From NCBI GenBank assembly GCA_024704765.1, contig JAKMXF010000319.1, forward strand, positions 62,001 to 126,000: DNA of 64,000 bases. The letters are read 5' to 3'. The DNA is from Oopsacas minuta. Taxonomy: Eukaryota > Animalia > Porifera. Every line of letters begins with the position of its first letter. The stretch's first letter is position 1. Of this stretch, positions 1-12,000 are shown piece after piece. Under the pieces are notes generated by a model. It worked only from the letters and a program-made list of their open reading frames with translations, was not told the origin of the DNA and did not search any database. The translations under genes and the position numbers were made by a program.

Positions 1-3000
1 TTAGGAGTTTCTAGAGTTAATTTGCAACCGTTCTGTAGGATAGAGACTGGGAACTTTTCACAAGGCATGCTTGATAGCCATAATCTGAAGTCTTTATTAA
101 CCTAGATAAGTAATAAAGTAACACTAAATGTATAATGCATATCTGTTGTCTGTATCAAAATTCGGCACCGATTTGCGTATCGGAAATGATAAACATCTAA
201 AGTCTCAATATCGAGATTTTGAAAAGGATCAAAAATATGGAAAATATTGCGAAAATGTTGAAAATATCAAAAATTCTCGAAATAGAAAATAATCAAATTT
301 TCGATATTTTCCGACGAGACATTTTCATATATTCGGTATTTCTCTATATTTCCCGAAATTTTTCCTATATTTAGAAATATCGAAGCGATATTAATAATCG
401 CGTAATTTCCCAATACATTGTATCGTATCTGAATTTTTAACCGATACAATCTTTACGAAACCTTGAAAAGTAAACTTACCTTATCTTCATCTATCTGCTT
501 AATTATTCGCTCTAGTGTAGGCATCCAGCTGGGACAAAGATGACAATCTTGCAAGAACACCCACTTCCCATTCTCCATTCCCTCTTTCATCTTCTTAGCC
601 GCCATCGGTCCTTGTCCCTGCCCCAGAGACACGCACAGTAGTTTATCTGTGAACTTCATTTCTGCAGCAAACCTATACAACTCAGCTGATGGGTCAGTAC
701 CCGAAGATAGTATAAATATGAGAGGAGAGGTCGGAGTAGAGTCTTTGAATACAAGTCTCAGGTCAGATGTTTGAGGGTCTATACGAGAATACACATTCTC
801 ATAAATGGAGAAACATATACAATTGAATGGAATACGTGTATAAAGCAATAAATAATACCAAATATATATTAGGTTAAATCCATGCATTTTCGCCTTTTCG
901 GTCCATTTCTATTCCTAAATGTAATTGGGCCAGATTCCTACTATACCAAATATTATGAGTCGAATTCCAGCGTCTCACTAAGATTAACAATTAACTCACC
1001 AACAAAACGCTGTCCTACATTATCAGCTACATAGCATTGTATAGCATCTGTAAGTTTATCGGGTCTGATACAACGAAGTAACAGAAGCTTCTGAAATGAA
1101 TTCAAATGTGACCATTTTCCAGGGAGCTCCTCTTTATGAGGTGTGTTGCTATCGAATATGTGTTTGAAGTCTTTAGACGTTTCAACGAACGCACTTGCAA
1201 AGGTTGAAAACTTACCTAAACTCTAGAAAAACATCTAAACCCATTAATAAAAAGGACAATGTAAACAAAGTGTGAAAATATGATTAATCATATGATAAGT
1301 CTGCAAATTAGTAACTTTCAGGCCTTGAAAATATCAAATTCGGACTCTACGCAGCCAATTTCCCCTGACAACTTGTCGAAACATAATCTCTAGCATGATT
1401 TTGAATTTTACACAGAAAAGTGTGAAAATATAATTAATCACCAAAAAGGTGTGAAAATTCATACCCGAGGTGCATATTTCCGATGGCTAGACTCTAACAT
1501 ACCTGAATACTAAGTATTTCATTCCAAGCACGTCCATTAACCCAGTCAGGAGCAGGATTAGGAATTTGTTTACTAATAACACCTCCTCCTGAGATGAAGT
1601 ACTCCAATTCATCTGGACATATGATACCTTCGTTCATCAGGATTCGTGAGGTCAGTAAGAATGAGAATAAAAGTTTGTGCTTTTCAAACAGAGATCTATT
1701 AAATCAAAAGTTTAAATATTGTGAAGCAAGTATATAGGCTATGGAAATATCGTTATTGGTTTCCCCAAAAAATATCAAAATATCGGAATTTTCAATATTG
1801 AGTTTCCGATATTTCGCGATGTTTTCAGATATTTTTGATAATTTCATTATAATATCGATATATGTTGGCACGATTAATTAACGCTAGTATTTGTATGGTT
1901 TTATTTCTGGCTAATTGGCTCGATTGACTGGTGGCTCTATTACGCGGAGCCTACTGTATTAAATATTTTATATTTTCTTCCTGAACTCTTGATATTTTCA
2001 ATATAAAAGCCGGCGTAACATCCAGTAGAAATTACCTGCAAACATTGGAGTATAAATTGTAAGTTAAGTATTCGTTGATTTGAGCAATCCTATCAGCAAC
2101 AACTCCTCTCTTCTCAGCACCAGCTAAACATGATAAGAAAATCCTGAAGAACCAATCGATTGAGTACTGATACATGGGATCAATAGTAACCAAATCTTTA
2201 ACACAGAAGAATAGGATACGAGCTCGTACTAACACGGGTGTGTAGAGACTGTGGGCTGTAGTAATAGCTGTATCATTCTTATCAGATATCGCTACCTGTA
2301 GACAGGAATTAAATATAATAAAGAAATACAAAGGTTTGGCAGCAATAGATCGGAATTAAAGATATCGAAAAAGTTTAGGGACTCCGAAAAATGCTATACC
2401 GTTTTACTGTTTCCTGCAATTTCCCAGTTTGTGGAGGTATTTTTGCATGAGAATTACCAAAAATTATCGAAAAATATTGAAAAAATCGAAAAAATATAAA
2501 ACACCTATAATGTCAAATTTTGTAAATTTTCGATATTTCCCTTTCTACAACCACATTTGGTTGACTTCTCTACATTGGCGAAAATTGCATAAATACAGTG
2601 TCTGCCTCTAAACCTTGGGGGTTCAGACTCCCCCAAGGTACCCAAGCTTTGCGGTTATGCACTCTATCAATTACTTACATTTTCCATAATTTCCTCATAC
2701 TTCATCTTACTGCCCTGCAGTACATCTATCAGCTCTCCATCATCTATAATATCTCCTACAATATTACTGAGCTTGTACAAAACTCTATCTTCAATCTCTT
2801 TTAGCTCTTTCTTCAGCTTAGCCTTGTCCTCTGCTAGACAATTCCTAGTATTCTCTATATCTGGTAACTCTTTTCTTAAAAGGAATTTAAACAGCTGTTC
2901 TTCTAGTCTCCTTGGGGTGAGAGAGGAGTTGATGACGGCTACTTCCTGTGTATAGCGAGGGTTTGGTAGCTTAGTAGTGATATATAAACGGAAATCTTCA

Positions 3001-6000
3001 TGGTATGGGATTATCTTGTCACCTAATCACAAACTTTGATTCAATAGAATTCAGATATTGGACATGGAAATTTTCCGATTGGCGTATCGATATCTGTTAT
3101 ATTTACCCAGCGGTTCCCAATCTTGTTCCATGGACCACTTGGTAGCCTACCAACGACGGCAGGGGGTCCATAGTATCTCAAAATAAGTAAGAAACTCAAT
3201 GGGGGGTCTACAGAATGTGTAAAAATTGGTATAAGGGTCCTTGGGTGAAAGAAGTAGGCAACCGCTCAATATCGCTATTTGCCAAACTTTGATTCAATGA
3301 TACGAAAATACAAAAACTCACCGAGTTTTATAACTACACTGCCAGATTGTATGAACGTCTTTCGAGTGAGGATACAGCCTAAGACAGGGTCAAGTTCTTC
3401 CCCAACATTTTCCAGGAGACACGGCTTACCAAACTGTACTGCATTCTCTAATTTCCTCAAATACTCTTTGTCAGTCAACTTCACAACTAAAAGAGAGCAA
3501 AGACTTAGTATTACTGATAAATCAGAAATGAAAAAAATATCAAAATTTCAAAATTGCGGATTTCAAATAAATATCGAAAATAGCACGAAAAGATCGAAAT
3601 TGAATTTTGGATATTTTCCGAGATTTCTAAATTTTCGGGATTTTCCCTATCTTTTTGATCTTTTCTTATGTTTAGAAATATCGAAGAAATATCGAAATTC
3701 GCCAAACCTTGAAGAGAGTTCTCTCTCTCAAATGATTTGATCCAGTGGTTAGCTTGGCCCTGTGGATCGACGAAGAGCGGCCAAAGTTTGGAAAACTTCA
3801 TAATCACTGCATTATCTACTGATATATTATCTCGTGTTAGATCTGACAATCGACATTCCTTAGCCATTACGTCACAATAGAGTATGTTGACTAGAGATGA
3901 GTTATCAGAATAAGCAACACCTCGTTCTGTAAATTTAGATTTCCAGGTCTAGAAGGATATAAATGCGAAATTTGACAACTCACGAAACGATAGCAAGCGA
4001 AGTGCTAGAGAAGTAATATCAGTATGACGTAATCAATTACCTGTGAAAGAGAATGTCTGAAGGTATCAGTGAAAGAACCAAAATAAGCAACAGCTCCAGA
4101 TGCTAACAACACATCTCCAATTATATTCTCTAACTTTTTATCCAAACAAGATATTAAGCATTTCCATCTAGCAGTTTCATCTTGTATCAATCTCATCAGC
4201 TCTTCTACTCTCTGCGCTTTCCCCCCCTCTGTCTGAAGGCCAGATATGATTTCCCCTGTAGATACAAGCTTACCCAACCCTCCTTTGACATGGTTCCTCT
4301 CAGCAACCAACTCACTCATTTTACCGGAAAATATCCCTTCAAATAACCTCAAAAACTCTATATAACTGACATGAGTCAACTCTGCCTTATACTCAACAGA
4401 TGCTTGCAATACTGCATGATACATGTCTACACAAACTTCCACCAAACCATCAGTGCATCGAACTTCAGAAATACTTTGTAGCCGTGTGTTTGCTACGGAT
4501 CTCAACGCCTCACGAGACCACTCTGAAAACCAGTCAATTGTACAACAGTTGACAAGATTAGGGAACTTCCTGACAAGACTCCTGAACAGATCAACCTCTG
4601 GATTCATGCATATAACAAAATGACAATTATTCCGTACTCGCTTGATGTATTCTCCAAACATATCCGTCTTCACTACAACTTTCATAGAGTTCTCTATCAC
4701 AGTCATATCCTGTGGTGAATATAGCCCAGGAATATCTCCAGTACACAGCAAGTTATTCAGATATTCGATAAATAGTTCATTAGCTCTTTCAGGAACAGAG
4801 AAAAGAAGTATAGATGCCATATTCTCTATCCCAGACCGCATCAATACTGATTTAACAGCCTCCCTCCATTCCTTCACTCCATACAATCTACTCATTTCTA
4901 TCTGTACACAAGCATATCCGTTTATGTGAGAAGCTAGTCGTGTAAGGGACTGTCTGCCCGTCCCGGACGTTCCCAGCAGGAGAGCATTACCTTGAGGCAT
5001 TGAGATTATACGAGATATACGGCACACATGCTGTATTGTATCTCTGAAGAAGACTAGGTCTAATTTGGATGTGTTAACTCCGTTATAGTCATCTAAGTAC
5101 TCCTGTAGAACAGCTGGTAGTTTATCGTGATCTCGTATCTCAGTGTAAGTCTTGTTGTCTTTATTGATACATCCAAACATCAGGTTATCTACAGGGTTAG
5201 AGCTGATAACGAGTACAATTGTAATCAAAAGTTCTATAAGAGTGTAATAGTATTTATATACCGTAAACTGGGGCTACTTTGGCCCACTGGGTTTGCTTTA
5301 GCCCAAATATCAAAGCTTCAAAGAAACTAGATTGGATTCAGCATTGTACTTGAAAATGACTTGCCAAATTTTTAACGAATTTTCAAATATCGATAGACAA
5401 TTTCGAACACAAATACAATATCTATTCGATGCGTAAGGCAAATTTCAATAATTGGGCTAAAGCAAACCCAGTGGGCCAAAGTAGCCCCAGTTTATGGTAT
5501 TGAAATTATAATTGTAATCACCTGATATAAATCCGCTCCACCCTTGATCTGAGACATGCTCCTTCATTTTATCACCCAACCAATCTTTATCTTCATTACA
5601 TACAAGTCTATCTTGAAACACACGACAACACTCATGATACCACAGCTTAACCACATCCTGAATGGATTCTATCTTATCAGGTGACGCCATGATAATGCCA
5701 TGGAAGACTCTACTCAAATCCCGCAGGTTAAATGCGTAGTGACATTTAGCTGGAGTAGGCAATAGCTGAGTTAAAATTGTAGAGAATATGGAGATTGTAC
5801 AGCTTGTCAATTTATCCTTCAGTTCATCTCTGTTTATTTGTAGGTTAGGACATACATTAAGCCAAGCTCCTAGAATAGAGGAGAAAATAGTAGCTTTACA
5901 GCTGTCATCTAGTTCTGGGAATGACAAGAAGTTGAAGTGTCTGAGTAGTCTGTGGGTGAGAGTGTTCCGCCCTCCTCCTGGCGGGCCCATAGCACAAATA

Positions 6001-9000
6001 AAGTTAATATCTAGAATATTCTTGAATACTCCTACAGCTTTCATATCGTACCAACCACCATGGTCCATCCATTGTCTAATTAGCTCAATAGGAGGCTGAG
6101 CTCCGTATCTCTCCTTCTCAGGTAGATTGAGGTCATCGATAAAGATGATAGATTTCTTTCCTGTAAATATATTGCATAAACAAGGTTTGAAAATATCGAA
6201 ATATCTGGAAATGTTGGAAAAATATTGAAATATCAAAAATTACACTCTACTCTGACAGTTAAGTCTATAATTTTGTTTAGATGACTAATAATTGGAGGCA
6301 CTAAGTGTATTTGGGTTAAATTCTACATTTTATAGTGCCTCCAATAACAAGAGGCCTCTCTAAACAAATTTATTAATAGGGTAAGCTGTCGCCACAGATT
6401 GTAATTTTAGATTTTTTGCTCGCTTTTCCTCAATCTTATAATTTCTCAATTTTTGAAAATTTTGTCATAATCACTCGACTATGGTGATTTTTCGATATTT
6501 TTGATATCGGAGATTTTCCAACAAATCGATATTTGAAATGCTTGGGGTACCCACAGGCCACGTGTACCTAGAGGTGGTCCAGAAACTGTTACACTTTTCC
6601 TCTCCAATTTGCTATCAATGAAATCTACTGTTTGATTAACAGAAGTATGAGCTGAGAAGTTAACTGAATGAGAGAGATAATCTACTGGCATTTTTCGAAG
6701 AGTATCCATGGCGTATTGTGTCTTTCCGGTACCAGTATGTCCCACACATAACACTGGGTTATTGTTAGCCAATAGCAGCTGTATCATGTAGCTAAATCTT
6801 ATCGTGTCTTGTGTCGGTACTAGGATATCGGAATATCTCATGTATGGATCAACCTACAGTGGAAACTCGTTAATACGAACACGAACAAAAAATTTGTTCA
6901 CTTCATCCGGAAATTAGTATTATGTATAGTATGTTTCAATGTAGAAATTACAATTACAAATACATTGATTTTTGGTATAGGTGGTGGTATATTCGACCTG
7001 GCTCGGACAAATTCGAGTGTTGGTCAAAAATTCACATCTATAACGAATTGCCGAGTTAAATCAGAGGCAAAAGTACCAAAATAAATCCTAGGCATTAAGT
7101 GTCGAGTTAAATTCCAGCATGAAGTGCTGAGTATATGACTCCGCGTAGCGCAGCCACCTAGCAAGCGAAGCACGCTAGTTAATATAATTTTACAAACAAT
7201 TCTATATATAACGCACTCAGCTTCTAACGAAATGAAACTGAGGTTCTAAGCACTTCGTTATGCCTAGAGTATACTGTAAGTACTTACCTTATAAGGAGAT
7301 AGATCATGTGTCCAAGTAACCCATCTAACAGGTCCTTCCCTGACAATAACCCATCCTTCATTAACTTTCTCCATCAAACTAGTGCCTGCATCATCTAATC
7401 TATAATCATAGACTAATCCTTCAGGGGGGAAGATCAACATGAACTCTTCTCCTTTCATTATTCGCCTCACATACTTGTCGAATAATACACGTCCAATTCT
7501 GTCACAAGTAGCTCCGATTGTCCATATTAAAGAGAATATGAACCAAGATTCTATCAGATCTCCTAAGATAGAAACTTTGCCCTCACTGATAACTTCCCCT
7601 ATAAAGAATGTGAAGGAATCGTAATAAGTATACGTGGAATCCAATCTGGTATGACGTAATTGCAAGTATTTGTGACGAACGATACTTAACTCGCGATAAA
7701 TACTCTTCTACACTGAGTCTAGATTTACCTTTTTTAATGAGAAATGGTTTGAACAAACAATCCAACATTTTCAGAAAACTAGCCACGAGATTAGCATCAA
7801 CAGTAGTTACTATCTCTTTAATCTGTGTACGTACAAACACGATACTAGGTTTCAGAAATTTACATATCAACTTGTTTAGAGCTGGCATATATGGATGTAT
7901 ATTTCGTAGTGATTTATCATTGTTTATCTTCTGAATCCAAGAATCTATGAGTGGATCTATACCCATGGGTTCTAACCAGACTACTCCACATCTACTCACT
8001 GTCGCTGGGCTTGCAACCTCTAAGTCCTGAGTTTCAAATAAGATAGACATATCGGCTGTTAGTGGTATAATTTCTCCGTTAGCTAGACACAGTATCTTAT
8101 TGTCATCTAATACTGTATTCAAACTCTCAATCCAGATTGCATCAACTGGTCCATCAAACACAAACCTAAGGAAAACTGTCAAAAATCTCGAAAATTGTAT
8201 TACACTCTACGGTCACAGAATGTGTTGAAATTGGGATAGAGGAATGTTAGGAAGCACTGCAGGGCGGTACCATGAATTCTAACCTGAAATCTTATTCTAT
8301 AATAGGCAATAGGGTCTACCCCCTTGGACTGCCACTGAACAGCTGGAAGAATTATTAATTCATAAATTAGTCAACTAAAAACAAACCATTTCTTGATTGA
8401 GGTGTCAACTGCTGTACTCTGTTTCATCAGATTTGGCAACAACCCGTCTCTCCATTCATTTGTGAATACGTTATACTCTCCGTATAGATCACTCAAAGTG
8501 ACGGTTTTTGGATTTAAACAATAAGTTACGACCTCCTATAGTATAATATAGTAATAATATGTTTGTATGTCCAGAATTGATTGAAGAAACTGGAAGACCT
8601 CCAGGGCTGATTTTGGCATACAGGGGTATTTTGGGCCTGGCTCGGACAAGTTCGAGTCTTGGACGAAAATTCGCATATAAGACGAAATTATGACGCCATT
8701 GTCACCCTTTTGGGTTTTCAAAAAATCACATTAGTAACCACTGCACAGCCAATATACATGATAGAAGTTAGAAATTTGAATCACAGGTACCCCACAATGT
8801 GACATGTCCTGACGTCATGATTCTGGCCAAATGCAAATCATGCGATTATTACGTCATCTTGATTGTACAAAAATTCCAAATTTTCTAAATTTCGAAAAAA
8901 TTCAGAATTTCTTAATACCCGAGGCACGAAGTGCCGAGATTCCTAAACAAAAGCGACATAGCATCTCCAGTGTCACCACAGAATGCATTGAATGTAATTG

Positions 9001-12000
9001 AATGTAATTGGATGGAGCATGGATAATAAAATGTTTAATACTTAAGCTAACCTGGAGCACTAAGCTGTCGCGAGCGACCTAGCAAGCAAAGCTCGCTAGT
9101 TGTAAATAAACCTAACTCAACCCTGCTATACAATAGACATAAATGTATGCATACCTGATATAGCTGTCCATTTTGTGATGTACGTCCCTTGAGATTACTC
9201 AATGCAGCTGCTAGTACTTGATAACACTTTGTCTTAGCAGAAGCAGTCTCACCCACCAACACAACTCCATGTCTCAATAATGTAATCTCATACAGCTGTA
9301 TACACTTATATACGAATTCATCAACATCCTGAAGTCCTTGTTTAAGAGCGCATTTCCTGACCTCAGATTCAAGCTCTCTGCAAATAGCTGATTCATCATT
9401 GACACCAGGGAATATATCTGATAATAAGCTGTTGAATAACTTCAAGTCGTCTTTCAAGAATTTGGGTGTGTTAGACGCTCTTAATGCTCTCAGAAGAATT
9501 TGATCCTCCTTCATTCTGGGGTGTGATCGCCTGATATCACCGGCTAATTGGAGGACTGACTTCACAGCTCTCATACCAAAGTCATAATGACACTACAATA
9601 GATGAGTATATAATACAATATTGCCAGATCATGAACAGAGTTGCTAGACTGAGCTTAGACAGGAATTTAGAATGAACCATAGGTATCAACACTAAATTTG
9701 TATTGTAGTCTATGGGATGGGATCCACAGTGTTAGAATATTGGTACACGGGGTGAAAAGGAAGAAATTCATTCACGACAAATATCTTACCTGTCTACTCA
9801 GCTGTTCTGAAGATAACTTGAAAGTTGTTACAATCTTTTTGGCTAGCAGATTAGCCTTAGAGAATCCAAAAGAGTAGAGAAGTACCTCAGCGATTAAAGC
9901 GTAGTCTGGAATCATCATGGCAATAGGACGGAACAGAGCTTTCAAATTATCCGGTAACTCAGTTCTTCCTTTATATCCCGGGTTCATTGTTAAGAAAAAA
10001 CCACACGAATTCTTCAGAGACAATTCTGTATTCGCAAAGCAAAATCTATAAAATACAACGGACGGTCAGATTCTATTATCTACAGTAGAGTCTCCTAAAA
10101 CGGGCCCCGAGAAGTGGACAATCCCTCTACAACGGACAAACCTCCTGGAATGGAATGAATTAGCAATCATATATGTAATAAGCAGTCTCCGAGAAGAGGA
10201 CAACTTCCTAAAACAGACAAAAGCGATGTCCCTAACATGTCCGTTATTCGGAGACTCTAATGTACTACATATAGATCCCTTTTCATTGATATGTTTGTAT
10301 GTCCAGAATTGGTTGAAGAAACTGGAAGACCCCAATGGCTGATTCTTTGCATATTTTTGGGACTGGTTCGGACACGCTGGAGTCTTGGACAAATTATGAC
10401 GTAATTATTGATTCAGTATTAACTTGGCAAATTGTAATGCTGCTTTGTCATATGCAAATTTAACCCAACCATATGATATTTCACGAAAAACTTGATTATT
10501 TAGACTAAAGAAAACTAATTATGCCAAAGTAGCCAATTTATACGCGTACGTGCGGTGTTTGATATCATAGCAAAATCCAAGGCACGAAGTGTCGAGCATA
10601 ATATCCCACCGCGGAGCGCCATAGCAAGCGTTACGCACGAACTTATCTAGCTCCTGCATCTTAGAATTCTGTATGATTGTGATCTGTTGAGCAACAACAG
10701 ACATCACTTCTATATCAATTCTGTTAAATTCATCAAAACAAGACCAAACGCCAGCACTCGCGATCCCTGTCAAAATCTTCGCCATTCCCAAATAGTCTAA
10801 CTGATCAGAACAGTTAATGACAATGCATTGTATTCCAAGAGCTTTCGCAAGATCCTTGACTGTTTCAGTTTTTCCAGTGCCAGCTGGCCCACAAGGACTA
10901 CCTCCTAACTTCAAATGCATTGCACCAGTCAGTGATATATAACATCTACATAAGAATAACAAAACATAAGATTGAATGGTAGGATCAGTTTTGAATGTGG
11001 CAGGGAAGGTTTTACAAATATCAATACAGTGGGTCGAGGAGATCAGAAGCGGACAATTAGAGAGGACCCACTGTATCACTAAATCTCCTATATCGATAAG
11101 ATACATCAGGGAAAAAGCTTGCTTCTTTCTTTCTTACTTTTGATTTAATGATTTTCCTTAGGTTCAGAGCATTAAAGGAGCGCTCCATTATTGAAGGAGC
11201 GACTCACTGGAGCGAGCTCCAATTTAATTGGAACTACAAAATTCTTTGATATTCTCCATAAAATTCAGTATTGTTGCTATAAAAAGTGGATGCTGATACA
11301 CTTTTGTATAATTCACAATTTATTGAATTGGTTCGACGTTGCAACTTAGTACAAATCTAATGGAACTCTGAAAGCATGAAAAGTAGCACTATTGGAGCGT
11401 GCTCCATTTTTCTGTATGGAGAGCCGGAGTGAACTCCTTTTTCATGGCAAGAGCGCGGTCCAAAGAATGAGGAGTGCTTAATACTCTGCTTAAACATAAT
11501 GTCAAACAAATTACCTATCTGTAAGTGGAGTTATAACAAGTCTCGCACTATTTCCTAAGTATTCATATCCATATCTGAACTCGGCATTAATAATCCGTAA
11601 GATGAGGTCATCTTCCCAGTAGCTACGTAACTGACAAATCCACTCAAAATCTGTGATATCTCTAACTCCCTTTTGACGTAAATTCTCTACAATATCCCTA
11701 GCGTGTACTTCAATAGGAATCAGGGCTGTCAGGGTAGATCTTTGTAAGAGAGTTGGTTTGCCTCGTACCAGCTGAATTAAGTCTTCAAGCTGTGCGGTCA
11801 GCTGTTTACAATACTTGTCTAGAGAATTTTTCTTGATTGCATTAGCTACTTGTATAGTCCAGTAAGCCTGACAGCCAGCAAGCACCACCTATGTGTATGT
11901 GTGTAAAAGGAAGTATGATAAGGCCCTGTTAATGAGAAACTTGTCTAAGACCACATGATGTCCATATAAGGATGTGTGCGGGCGGAATTTCATTATCATT

